Positions 1 to 9,732 of a DNA stretch of 64,000 bases are shown here, one piece after another (position 1 is the stretch's first letter; the number at the start of each line of letters is the position of its first letter). Origin of the DNA: an uncultured Verrucomicrobiae bacterium (GTDB lineage: Bacteria; Verrucomicrobiota; Verrucomicrobiia; Chthoniobacterales; UBA10450); NCBI GenBank assembly GCA_963756875.1, contig CAVWPA010000003.1:1504001-1568000 (forward strand), given 5' to 3'. Position numbers and translations under genes: made by a program. Below the pieces are notes generated by a model that saw nothing but the letters and a program-made list of their open reading frames with translations, made no database searches and was not told where the DNA came from.

Positions 1-137
1 AGCTGCCGCACGCCGTCGCCTACGTCGTTCTCTCATCGCGAGACGAGGCCAGCTACCGTAAAGATTCGGCCGCCCTGCAGCAAGTGCTCAAGACCTTCGC
101 CTACCTTGAGCCCAAAACCGCGACCAAGCCACATTAA
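1..137 (+). CDS. 3' end of a hypothetical protein (partial)
   Basis: Open frame LPHAVAYVVLSSRDEASY...KPH ending at TAA 135-137, convergent with thrS. Confidence 0.5.
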   Translation, partial: LPHAVAYVVLSSRDEASYRKDSAALQQVLKTFAYLEPKTATKPH

Positions 138-2032
138 CCGCGTCGCTCTTTGATCGACTGCAGGATCTCCGCGATCACGTCTCCGCGCGGTTTGGCGCCG
201 AGATTTCCTTTGCCGTGCACGCGAACGCTGACGGCGTCGGCGTCCATGTCGCGCTTTCCGATTACGAACATGGTGTGCACCTTCATCTGCTCGGCGCGCT
301 GGATTTTGCCGTTGATCTTGTCGGTGCTGAGATCGAGTTCGGCGCGGACTTGATGGGCGCGCAGCTCGTCGTGGATCTTGCGCGCGTAATCAAGGAGGGC
401 CGGCTCATCGCCAATCGTAAGAATGCGCACCTGTTCGGGAGCAAGCCAGAGCGGGAAGTTGCCCGCGTAATGTTCGATCAAAAACCCGATGAAGCGCTCG
501 TGCGTGCCCAGCGGCGCGCGATGGATGCAGAGCGGTGTCTTTTCGGTGTTGTCGCGATCCTTGTAAACCAGATTGAACCGGCGCGGCTGCGCGAAATCGA
601 CCTGGTTGGTGGCGATGGAAAATTCACGTCCGATGGCGCTCCAGGCCTGGACGTCGATCTTCGGCCCGTAAAAAGCCGCTTCATTTGGCACTTCGACAAA
701 ATTGATTCCGGAACGCTTTAGAACGTTGCGGGTCATTTCTTCGGTTTGTTTCCAAAGCTCCGGTTCGTCGACGAACTTCTGCCCAAGCTTGGATGGATCG
801 TGCGTGGAGAAACGCATCAGATATTTCTCGATCCCGAAGAGCTTGAAATATTTCAGATACATCTGGTTCACGGCGTTAAATTCCTCTTCGAACTGCTCCG
901 GCGTGCAGTAGATGTGCGCGTCGTTCATCTGCATCGAGCGCACCCGCATCAATCCGAACAACTCGCCGCTCTGCTCGTACCGGTAACAGGTCCCGTACTC
1001 CGCCAGCCGCAACGGCAGATCGCGATAACTGCGCGGAATCGCCGCAAACAACGTGTGATGGTGCGGACAGTTCATCGCCTTGAGGTAGTAACGATCGGCG
1101 CTGTGCTCGTGAGCGATGCTGGATGCCGGATGCTCGATGCTGGATGAGCGCCGAAGATCCAGTATCGAGGATCTAGCATCTTCGCTGAGCTCCATCGGCG
1201 GAAACATGGAATCGGCGTAGTAGGGGAGGTGGCCGCTTTTCAGATACATGCTTTCGCGTGCGATGTGCGGTGTGCGCACGCGTTGATACCCGGCGGCGAA
1301 CTCGGTTTCTTTGGCGAGCTTTTCCAGTTCCTCGACGATCACCGCGCCGCGCGGCAGAAACATTGGGAGACCCGGGCCGACGTCGTCGTCGAACGTGAAT
1401 AGCTCGAGTTCTTTGCCGAGCTTGCGATGGTCGCGCTTCTTCGCTTCCTCGAGCATCGCGAAGTAATCGTCGAGTTCTTTCCTCGTTTTGAACGCGGTGC
1501 CGTACACGCGCTGGAGCTGCGGATTTTTCTCGTCGCCCTTGTAATAAGCGCTGGCCACGTTGGTGAGCTTGAACGCGCCGACGTTTCCCGTGCGCATCAC
1601 GTGGGGCCCTGCGCAAAGGTCGATGAAGTCGCCGCTACGATAGAGCGAGATTTTTTCGTCGGGCGGAATGTTCTCGATGATGTCGAGCTTGTATCTGCTC
1701 GGCTCGGGCCGCTCACCCAGCGCGGCGAGCCTGCCTTTCTTGCCGAGCTCCAGCGCTTCATCTCTCGAAACTTCCATCCGCTCGAACGGACGGTTCGCTT
1801 TGATCTCCTTTTTCATCTCCGCCTCGATTTTTTCGAAGTCATCGGGAGAAATCCGGTGGGGAAGATCGACATCGTAATAAAAGCCGTTTTCGACCGGCGG
1901 CCCTGCGGCAAACTGCGCTTCCGGCCAGATTTTCAAAATGGCCGTCGCCAGTACGTGCGACGCCGAATGCCGAAGACGTTCGATGTCCGTCATCTGCGCG
2001 CGTTCTTCTAAAGTCTTTCGTTCTTCACTCAT
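134..2032 (-). CDS. thrS: Threonine--tRNA ligase (short N-terminus)
   Basis: Motifs RHSASHVLA, DLCAGPH, RDHRKLG, KAMNCPHH, GLMRVR, AAFYGPKID; contains an in-frame repeat-derived insert at about 1100-1190. Confidence 0.97.
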   Translation of the reverse strand: MSEERKTLEERAQMTDIERLRHSASHVLATAILKIWPEAQFAAGPPVENGFYYDVDLPHRISPDDFEKIEAEMKKEIKANRPFERMEVSRDEALELGKKGRLAALGERPEPSRYKLDIIENIPPDEKISLYRSGDFIDLCAGPHVMRTGNVGAFKLTNVASAYYKGDEKNPQLQRVYGTAFKTRKELDDYFAMLEEAKKRDHRKLGKELELFTFDDDVGPGLPMFLPRGAVIVEELEKLAKETEFAAGYQRVRTPHIARESMYLKSGHLPYYADSMFPPMELSEDARSSILDLRRSSSIEHPASSIAHEHSADRYYLKAMNCPHHHTLFAAIPRSYRDLPLRLAEYGTCYRYEQSGELFGLMRVRSMQMNDAHIYCTPEQFEEEFNAVNQMYLKYFKLFGIEKYLMRFSTHDPSKLGQKFVDEPELWKQTEEMTRNVLKRSGINFVEVPNEAAFYGPKIDVQAWSAIGREFSIATNQVDFAQPRRFNLVYKDRDNTEKTPLCIHRAPLGTHERFIGFLIEHYAGNFPLWLAPEQVRILTIGDEPALLDYARKIHDELRAHQVRAELDLSTDKINGKIQRAEQMKVHTMFVIGKRDMDADAVSVRVHGKGNLGAKPRGDVIAEILQSIKERRG

Positions 2033-2272
2033 GAAAGCCGGGTGAAATTAACCACGAAGAGCGCGAAGAACAGCAGGAAATTTGCAGCAGCTCCGCGTGC
2101 TCGAGAGAACAGCTGGGGAGCGCAGGCTGCCAGCCTGTGGTTTTCGGCAGCTTGCCGAAAACAGTTTCGTCGGCAAGCTGCTGACGAATGCAGGCCAGCG
2201 GCCTGCGCTGCCCGGAGCCGGACCGCGCCGCCCGCCAACTTTCTGGGGCGAGCGTTTGTGTTACTATCGATC

Positions 2273-2986
2273 ATGCGATTGCTATTGATCGCAACTGCGA
2301 CGGCGTTGATCGGAACAAGTTGCAGCCGAACCCGGAACTCAGCCTCTGATTTTGCGCCGCAACGGCAACGCATGGTGGCGCAGCAACTCACGTCGCGCGG
2401 TATCCATGACGCGCGCGTTCTGGCTGCGATGCGCAAAGTGCCGCGTGAGGAGTTTGTGCCGGCCAATTTTCGCAGGGAGAGTTATGAGGACGAACCTTTG
2501 CCGATCGGGTACGGCCAAACCATCTCGCAGCCGTACATCGTGGCGCTTATGACCGAGCAACTGCATCTCCAGCCAACAGACCGCGTTCTCGAGATCGGAA
2601 CCGGATCGGGTTACCAGGCGGCCGTTCTGGCGGAGCTGGTGGCGGAAGTTTACACCATCGACATCATTCAGGCGCTTGCCAAAAGCGCCGAGACGACGCT
2701 GCGACACCTCGGTTACAACAACGTGCACGTGAAAGCGGGCGACGGTTACAAAGGCTGGCCGGAACGCGCCCCATTCGACGCCGTCATCGTCACATGCGCG
2801 CCGGATCACGTGCCACAGCCACTTGTCGATCAACTGAAGGATGGCGGCCGGATGATTATCCCAGTGGGCGGCCGGCTCGCTCAGGAATTATATCTCTTGG
2901 AAAAACGCAACGGCGCAATCCGGCAGGAAGCGGTGTTACCGGTTCGATTTGTCCCGATGACTGGGCAAGGCCCGGACGACAAATAA
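2273..2986 (+). CDS. pcm: Protein-L-isoaspartate O-methyltransferase
   Basis: GQTISQPYIVA, VLEIGTGSGYQAA, GDGYKGWP, PVRFVPM; start moved to the ATG of MRLLLIA. Confidence 0.93.
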   Translation: MRLLLIATATALIGTSCSRTRNSASDFAPQRQRMVAQQLTSRGIHDARVLAAMRKVPREEFVPANFRRESYEDEPLPIGYGQTISQPYIVALMTEQLHLQPTDRVLEIGTGSGYQAAVLAELVAEVYTIDIIQALAKSAETTLRHLGYNNVHVKAGDGYKGWPERAPFDAVIVTCAPDHVPQPLVDQLKDGGRMIIPVGGRLAQELYLLEKRNGAIRQEAVLPVRFVPMTGQGPDDK

Positions 2987-3068
2987 TTTATCGTCACGTT
3001 GCAGGCCGTCTCTGTCTGCCACGCCGTAGTCCGGCAGCTGCCGGACGGAGGCGGGTGAGACGGCTCCG

Positions 3069-3638
3069 CTACTTTATCTCGGCCAGCTTTTTGAGATCGA
3101 TTCGCTTGACCCATTCCTGCAATTCCTTGGGGTCCTGGTTCCGCAACTCGATCTCGACGAAATAACGCTTCCCCACCATCACCCAGAGAGAGGCGTGCTT
3201 TTGTTCCACTTCATACGCTTCAAAACCGGGGTTTCCATCGACCGTCGCGGGTTTGCTGTAACCTTCCATACTTTCGCTTTTTTGGGTCCACGTCCCGGTC
3301 GTTGCAGTCACGTAATCGGGATTAGCCGCTGAATCGATGATGGTGATTCCGGCGGACGGCGCGTCGTTTCCTTCGCCTTTGCGATAATCGCGATGGACGT
3401 CTGTAATTTTGAATCCTCCCACGTCTTCAGTCGATCCATCCGCGGCTTCTGCCGTCCAACCAGACGGGCCTTCCGGCAGGATCGGGATCAATTTCTTATA
3501 ATCGACGACGCCCGGAACCAGAATGGGCTCGTCCTGAGCGCGCAGTTGAAAAGCGGCAAAGCAGCCGGACAAAATAAGCCCGGCAAACAGAAGCGATGCG
3601 ATCAGCCGGCCTGAACGGGGAGAAATGCGGGTTTTCAT
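3069..3638 (-). CDS. Hypothetical exported protein
   Basis: N-terminal hydrophobic signal followed by a soluble domain. Confidence 0.7.
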   Translation of the reverse strand: MKTRISPRSGRLIASLLFAGLILSGCFAAFQLRAQDEPILVPGVVDYKKLIPILPEGPSGWTAEAADGSTEDVGGFKITDVHRDYRKGEGNDAPSAGITIIDSAANPDYVTATTGTWTQKSESMEGYSKPATVDGNPGFEAYEVEQKHASLWVMVGKRYFVEIELRNQDPKELQEWVKRIDLKKLAEIK

Positions 3639-3790
3639 GAGCGCGCGTTTCGCGGGGGCGAAACCTGCCTGTACTCGATTCACTTTATGTCGGCGGTTTG
3701 TCAAGACGCGATAATCTTCGCTGGCCGCCTGGCCCAGGATGTCCTGGCTGAGCTAGTTTTGCCGGATTAGATTATGAAACCGCGATTCGA

Positions 3791-4291
3791 ATGAAGACCG
3801 AGCTAAAGAATTTTACGATTCGTCCGGCAACGGCCGCAGACGTGCCGATCATTCTCGAGTTGATTCGCGCGCTGGCCACTTACGAGCGCGCGCCCGATGC
3901 GGTAACCGCAACCGAAGAACATCTGACTGATGTCCTGTTCGGCAAAAAACCGGCGGCGGAAGTCCTGCTCGCCTTTGAAAGCGATGTTCCTGTGGGGTTC
4001 GCAGTTTTCTTTTTCAATTTTTCGACGTGGCTGGGCCGCCCTGGACTTTATCTTGAAGACCTGTTCGTCCGGCCGGAAAAGCGGGGCCACGGGTACGGCC
4101 GCGCGCTGCTCGTTTATCTGGCGAAAATCGCCTGCGATCGCGGCTGCGGCCGGATGGAATGGGCGGTGCTCGATTGGAACGAGCCGGCCATCGAGTTTTA
4201 CAGGAAGCTTGGCGCCCGCCCGCTCGACGATTGGAAAATCTTTCGCCTGACTCGCGAAGGCATCGGCGCGTTGGCCGAAGATTCCGGCTAA
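3791..4291 (+). CDS. GNAT N-acetyltransferase (SSAT-like)
   Basis: FSTWLGRPGLYLEDLFV, RGHGYG, VLDWNEPAIEFY. Confidence 0.9.
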   Translation: MKTELKNFTIRPATAADVPIILELIRALATYERAPDAVTATEEHLTDVLFGKKPAAEVLLAFESDVPVGFAVFFFNFSTWLGRPGLYLEDLFVRPEKRGHGYGRALLVYLAKIACDRGCGRMEWAVLDWNEPAIEFYRKLGARPLDDWKIFRLTREGIGALAEDSG

Positions 4292-4304
4292 CGATCTGCT
4301 CGGT

Positions 4305-5252
4305 TTAAGCGCTGCGCACCAGACGGAAGATTAAGTCTTCGCTCGTGACAATGCCGATCAGCTTTTTCTTTTGATCGGTTACCGCGGCCAGCCTGAGTCG
4401 AGCCGCACGCAGTCGCTGGATAATTCGATAGGCCGGCTCGTTTTCCTGAGCAGTCACGATGCGTCGCATATAAGGGCCGAGCGATTGCGCTCCATTCTTG
4501 TCCAACAGGATGTCGAGTGCATTGACGAGTCCGACCGCTTCGCCCCGGGATGTAATCACGGGCAAACGATCGAACCCGGTTGCTCGACTCAGGTTGAGAA
4601 CCTCGCTTATCGGCGCGTCCGGCGTGACGGATCTTACTGTCGAAAGCGGCATCATCACATCGCGCGCGGTCACGCTGCGAAAATCGACCACGTTATGGAT
4701 CATTGCGCGCTCGGTTGCGGTGAGGGAGCCTTCACGCTCGCTTTGGGTGGCGATTTGTTTCAACTCTTCCCGCGCAGCGAAAAGCCGGCCGGGGCGCGCC
4801 CGCCGCGGCAGAATAAAATGTTCGAAATAGTGTCCGAACTGCAAAACAGGCCACAGCAGAATCGACGTCAGTTGCAGCAGTCCCGCTAGCGCTGCGAGGG
4901 CCCGAAACGGAAACCGACGGAAAAGTGACTTTGCCAGGACCGACAGAACGAAAAGATAAATGGGCAGTGCAACAAGGAACGTCACGAAAAATCCTGGCGG
5001 GCCGAACATCCAAACCAGTCGCCGCGTAAACAGAAGGAGCCCGAGAATGTCCGCAAAATTCGTCACCAATAACACGGTGACCAGGAGCCGCTCGGGTCTT
5101 TTTAGTAATCGATTGAGCCGGACCGCCGCCGGCACTTTTTGTTTTACGTGATAGCGCAAGCGGACGGGATCGATCGACATCAGGCCGGCTTCGATCCCAT
5201 TGAACAGGAACGAGACGCCCCAGCAGCAGAAAATGATCACCATGTCTCTCAT
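4305..5252 (-). CDS. CNNM/DUF21-CBS domain membrane protein
   Basis: N-terminal TM segments plus CBS pair; ATGA overlap with the upstream paralog. Confidence 0.85.
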   Translation of the reverse strand: MRDMVIIFCCWGVSFLFNGIEAGLMSIDPVRLRYHVKQKVPAAVRLNRLLKRPERLLVTVLLVTNFADILGLLLFTRRLVWMFGPPGFFVTFLVALPIYLFVLSVLAKSLFRRFPFRALAALAGLLQLTSILLWPVLQFGHYFEHFILPRRARPGRLFAAREELKQIATQSEREGSLTATERAMIHNVVDFRSVTARDVMMPLSTVRSVTPDAPISEVLNLSRATGFDRLPVITSRGEAVGLVNALDILLDKNGAQSLGPYMRRIVTAQENEPAYRIIQRLRAARLRLAAVTDQKKKLIGIVTSEDLIFRLVRSA

Positions 5253-6541
5253 GACTGGTTGATGTCGGTCTCCTTTGTTTGATCGGCTGTGTTCTGGCAC
5301 GTCGTCTTTTCCAGCAGCAATTCTTCGATCCTTTTCCTGCCTGCGCGTCGCACCGTAATGATCAGACGCGGCAGCTCCATGCGCGTGCCCGGTGGCGGCA
5401 AATAGCCAAGCCGGTTGAAAACAAAGCCGCCGATGGTGTCGATCCCGTCCTCTTCCAATTCGAAGCCGAGATGCTCGCTCAGATCGTCGAGCCGCGCATC
5501 GCCGCTGACCAGAAACTTTCCGTCCTCAAGCGGCTCAATCTCCAGATCGGCACCGCCGCGCGGCGCCGCCTCGCTTAAGATCTCCTCGACAATGTCCGAC
5601 ATGGTGATGATGCCCTCTGTGCCGCCAAATTCATCGACCACGATGGCCAGCCCCTGGGTGTGGGTCAGAAAAAGTTTGAGTAAATCCAGGGCGCGCATTG
5701 TTTCGGGCACGAACGACGGCGCCAGCAATGTCTCCGTGTAGTGTTCGCTTGGATCGAACAGGAATTTTTTTACATCGATAATGCCGACAATGTTGTCCGG
5801 CGTGTCCGCGTAGACCGGAACGCGGCGATAGCGTTTTTCTTTCAATTGCGCGATCGCCGTCTCGTTAGTCAGATCGTCGGGTAACGCAAACGTATCCACT
5901 CGCGGAGTCACGCAATCCTTTGCCGTTTTGTCGCCCAGCTTGATGATTTCCTGAATCATCTCGCCCTCGGTCTCCTGCAGCGTGCCTTCTTCCTCGCCGA
6001 TCTCGACCAGGGTTTCGAGCTCCTCGTCGCTCAGACGCGAGCGGGTGCGCAGTTTTGATGGCGTAATCAGATCGACTACGAGCGTGCTTGCCCTTTCCAG
6101 GAACCGCCCGACACGATCCAGCAGCGGCATCGAAGCTTGCAATGTGAGCGCGCCAATGGTCGAGAGCCGGTACGGCGCGGATAATGCCAGCAACTTCGGA
6201 ATGAGATCGCAGAGCACAACCATGATCGCGAAAATGGCGACTGCGGCCAGCCACTGCGGAACGCGCCCGGCCAGTGGCCCTTCCCACACCAAAAAGAGGC
6301 AGAGCAGCACGAGCGGCACCTTTACCAATGCGTCCCCCAAAAGGAGCACGTTAAGAACCCGGCGCGGTTTATCGCGAAAAACCTGGATGAACTTGGTCAG
6401 CCCGGGGCGATTTTCGGCCAGTCGCCGCAATTGGTGCGGCCGAAGAGAAAAAAGTGCTGTCTCCAGTCCGGAAAAAAGCGCCGACCAGAAAATCAAAATT
6501 GCAATCGCCGCAAGAAGAACTGCGAATCCAGCGAGCGTCAT
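5249..6541 (-). CDS. Hemolysin-family CNNM-CBS-CorC transporter
   Basis: SALFSGLETALFSL, VVDEFGGTEGIIT, DTIGGFV. Confidence 0.9.
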   Translation of the reverse strand: MTLAGFAVLLAAIAILIFWSALFSGLETALFSLRPHQLRRLAENRPGLTKFIQVFRDKPRRVLNVLLLGDALVKVPLVLLCLFLVWEGPLAGRVPQWLAAVAIFAIMVVLCDLIPKLLALSAPYRLSTIGALTLQASMPLLDRVGRFLERASTLVVDLITPSKLRTRSRLSDEELETLVEIGEEEGTLQETEGEMIQEIIKLGDKTAKDCVTPRVDTFALPDDLTNETAIAQLKEKRYRRVPVYADTPDNIVGIIDVKKFLFDPSEHYTETLLAPSFVPETMRALDLLKLFLTHTQGLAIVVDEFGGTEGIITMSDIVEEILSEAAPRGGADLEIEPLEDGKFLVSGDARLDDLSEHLGFELEEDGIDTIGGFVFNRLGYLPPPGTRMELPRLIITVRRAGRKRIEELLLEKTTCQNTADQTKETDINQS

Positions 6542-6642
6542 TGTTGTAGCCGCTGTTGCTGACTGCGGCTGCGCCTGCCCTCCGGAAAAGTGAAGCGTGC
6601 GAGTTTGCTCATCATTCGAGCCACGATGAAGTTAAGCCCTTC

Positions 6643-7113
6643 ATGAGCAAAGGCGAGAGGATTTCGCGACTGGTGCGCGAACTGGGAGGTGAGGGGACCA
6701 ATTTGCAGGGCGGCCCGGTTGCGAACCATCCCTATTACCGCGCCTATTTTCAATGCTGGAACGAGCAGCTTTACTACGAGGCGCATGATGTTCTCGAGCA
6801 GATCTGGCTAAACAAGGATTCAGATGACGACAATTTCTTCAAAGGCCTGATCCAGGCAGCCGGCGCGTTCGTTCATTTGAAAAAGAATTTCGAGCACCCG
6901 TCCCATGCCAAACATGGCCGCCGTTTGCAGCCCGCGGTGCGTTTGTTTCGGCTCGCAGAGAAAAACCTGTCGCGCTTCGGTCCGCAACATCACGGCATGG
7001 ACGTTGCCGCATTCTGCCAATTGTTGCGTTCCTACGCGGCCCGCATCGTCGCCTCCGATTATAAAACTAATCCCTGGTCGCCGAAAACCGCGCCAAAACT
7101 GAAGTTAGGGTAG
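6643..7113 (+). CDS. DUF309 domain protein
   Basis: YYEAHDVLEQIW ... FFKGLIQAA motif. Confidence 0.85.
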   Translation: MSKGERISRLVRELGGEGTNLQGGPVANHPYYRAYFQCWNEQLYYEAHDVLEQIWLNKDSDDDNFFKGLIQAAGAFVHLKKNFEHPSHAKHGRRLQPAVRLFRLAEKNLSRFGPQHHGMDVAAFCQLLRSYAARIVASDYKTNPWSPKTAPKLKLG

Positions 7114-7159
7114 GGACGGCGCGCTGCGCCGTCCGGACCCCGCAGCGCCGCGTCCCTAC
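7110..7159. repeat. GTAG-type REP doublet
   Basis: GTAGGGACGGCGCGCTGCGCCGTCC...GCGTCCCTAC; supplies the TAG stops of both convergent genes. Confidence 0.75.
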
Positions 7160-7893
7160 ATTGTAAAAATCAATTTGAAGCCGGCGATGAAAAGCACCGT
7201 TGCCAGCAGGAGCGAGATGGCACGGACTGGAAAACGCCGGCTGCCCAGATGAGAACCAAGCGTGCCGCCAATGATCGCGGCTGCCGCAAGGAGAAAGCCG
7301 AGCGACGGAATGGAATGCCTCGCCGTGACAAAGCCGCCAAGGCCCGCGGCTGAGTTCACCAGGATAAACAGAGCAGAAACCGCTGCGGCCTGGCGAATGT
7401 GCGCCCAGCGGCAGAACAGCAGAAGCGGTGTGAGAAAAATTCCGCCGCCGGTCCCGGTTAGGCCGGAGAGAAATCCGAGGCCTGCTCCAACACCGATCGC
7501 AGTCGGTCGCGACGGAGTAGTTACTTGCGGCGGGTCACTCCGGCGAAAGGTCAGGCGCACGGCGGAGAAAAGCAGCACAAGCCCGATCAAAATTCGCAGG
7601 GCCGAGGCGGACGGTTGCAGATAGCCTCCGAAATACGCGGCAGGAATCGAAAGGAGTGCAAACGGCCAAAACAATTTCCATGAAAAATGTCCGGCCCGCC
7701 AAAATTGGAACGTGCCAATGATGGCGACGAGAATGTTGAGGACCAGCGCGGTCGGGCGAATGATCGCTGGCGCGAGCCCGAACAGCGTCATCGTTGCGAT
7801 GTATCCCGATGCGCCTGCATGACCGACCGACGAATAAAGAAAGGCGATGACGCCGATTGCCAGAAAGAGCAAAACGAAAAGCGCGTGGTCCAT
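7156..7893 (-). CDS. TauE/SafE sulfite exporter family protein
   Basis: YSSVGHAGASGY, GLTGTGGGIFLTP, multiple TM helices. Confidence 0.88.
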   Translation of the reverse strand: MDHALFVLLFLAIGVIAFLYSSVGHAGASGYIATMTLFGLAPAIIRPTALVLNILVAIIGTFQFWRAGHFSWKLFWPFALLSIPAAYFGGYLQPSASALRILIGLVLLFSAVRLTFRRSDPPQVTTPSRPTAIGVGAGLGFLSGLTGTGGGIFLTPLLLFCRWAHIRQAAAVSALFILVNSAAGLGGFVTARHSIPSLGFLLAAAAIIGGTLGSHLGSRRFPVRAISLLLATVLFIAGFKLIFTM

Positions 7894-8003
7894 TCCTGAT
7901 TGAAGTGAAACCACGAATGAACACGAATGGACACGAATCAGGAAGGCTGGAATTCGTGTTCATTCGTGGTTGGAGAGTCTTCTCAAAAGCGACCAGAGAA
8001 TCC

Positions 8004-9581
8004 TCACCTTAATCGTCCCCGGACGTGGCGGGAGAAGCGGACTTGTGTGTGGAAATTTCCCGGTGTTGCCATGGCGCCGCCTGAGACTTGCTCGACGCGA
8101 TAGAATTGCACCGGCTGGCTGAAGGCATTGCTCACGGTAACCTGCGCAATGCCGCCATTTCCCGGAGCAGGGCTACCCAGCGAATTCCAGCCGTCGAGCA
8201 GTAGACCGGATTGGCTCTGCAATTGATAGTTTCTGTCCACGACGCTGTCGAAGCTGATGCGAAGATCGGTGCCGAGTTTCTCAACGTTTGTAATGCGCAA
8301 CCGGCTTGCTTCGTAAGCGCCGATGTCGCTGCCATCGCCCCCGGCGGCATTTGCAACATTCGGATCGTCAAATGGCCGCGGCTCTTTCCGCTGGTCGCTG
8401 TTTATTGCCAGCGTCGCGATGGTGTCACGTTTGCCTTTGTCTATCGCGGGACTGCTGGCTTGCAGAGCGATCGTATCGGTTAGGCCGCCGTTATCGCGAA
8501 GTCCGGCGGGATCCAATAATGGGTCGGTGTTAATCTGGTCGCCAGTGCCGGTCAGGAACCCGCCGCCGTCATCACTGCTAAGATTATAGCCGGCTGACGT
8601 GATCGTTCCGGAAGTTGTCGTAATTAGGGTGTGCTCCTGCGCGCCGGCTTGAAGAATATTGTTGCCTAGCGTTGCGGTGGCTCCGTTGCTGTTGTAGACG
8701 GCGCCTCCCGCGTAGTTGGCAGGTTCGTTGTTGCTGACGACCGTGCTGTTGCCGACCTTCGCGGAAGCGGTGCTGGTCTGGCGCGAATTATTGATCTGGC
8801 TGCCTGTAGCGCTGGAGCCCGAAACGATGTTATCGCTGAGCGTGCAATTGTTCACGGTCAACGACGCCGAGGATCCGATATCGGCATTGGCTACGCCACC
8901 GCCGTGTGTTGCTGCGTTTGCATGGAACAGGCAACCGGTTGCGGTCACCGTTCCACTGGCGTTATAAACCCCGCCACCGGCAAGAGCGCTGTTATTGTCG
9001 ATTGTGCTGTCGCGAAGAGTCAGAGTGGACGCGAAACTGTTGTAGATCCCGCCGCCGTTGCCGCCCGCCGTGTTGGTGTCGATTGCGCAACCGGTCACGG
9101 TGAGATGCGACACATTATTATAGATGCCACCGCCCGCGGCTGTGCTCCCGCCCGTTGCGTTATTGTTGCTCAGGACACAATCCGCCAAGGTCACTGTGGC
9201 GTGATCGACGTAGATCCCTGCGCCTACGCCTCCGGCGCTCGCCAGGCCGCCGGTGATCGTCAGGTTCGAAATCGTGGCGGTGTTGGATGTTCCAATCTTG
9301 AACACGCGGCTGCTATTGTTCCCGCTTACCGTCAGATTGGCCGCGCCCGGTCCCGCGATGGTCACGTTGTTCGCGACGAACAGCTCGCCGCTGCTCAAGA
9401 GGATCGTTGCCGGATAGCTTAGGGCGAAGTCGATCACGTCATTATTGCCCGCGCTCACCAGCGCCGCGCGCAACGTGCCTAGTCCGTCGTCGGCGGTACT
9501 GGTGACCGTAATCGTTGCGGCCTGCACTGCCGATGTCATCGCCTGGAACAACAGCACAATCCCGACGGTGACGACCGACAT
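8004..9581 (-). CDS. Secreted beta-helix protein (choice-of-anchor Q-like) with C-terminal beta-rich domain
   Basis: Signal peptide, GGGIYN repeats, DPLL..L.DNGG.T.T.AL...SPAIDKG, DIGAYE. Confidence 0.8.
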   Translation of the reverse strand: MSVVTVGIVLLFQAMTSAVQAATITVTSTADDGLGTLRAALVSAGNNDVIDFALSYPATILLSSGELFVANNVTIAGPGAANLTVSGNNSSRVFKIGTSNTATISNLTITGGLASAGGVGAGIYVDHATVTLADCVLSNNNATGGSTAAGGGIYNNVSHLTVTGCAIDTNTAGGNGGGIYNSFASTLTLRDSTIDNNSALAGGGVYNASGTVTATGCLFHANAATHGGGVANADIGSSASLTVNNCTLSDNIVSGSSATGSQINNSRQTSTASAKVGNSTVVSNNEPANYAGGAVYNSNGATATLGNNILQAGAQEHTLITTTSGTITSAGYNLSSDDGGGFLTGTGDQINTDPLLDPAGLRDNGGLTDTIALQASSPAIDKGKRDTIATLAINSDQRKEPRPFDDPNVANAAGGDGSDIGAYEASRLRITNVEKLGTDLRISFDSVVDRNYQLQSQSGLLLDGWNSLGSPAPGNGGIAQVTVSNAFSQPVQFYRVEQVSGGAMATPGNFHTQVRFSRHVRGRLR

Positions 9582-9732
9582 GGCCGACCGTCTTATACCC
9601 ACGCCACGCAAAGTAGGAATAATTGTATTTTTTTTAAAGCAGTTCTGTCAAGGGGGGCGTTCGACGGCTCGACAGAGTCTCGCCCCACCAGCAGGCGCGT
9701 TGCTACAGCATCTACCCTCGGTAATATGACGC

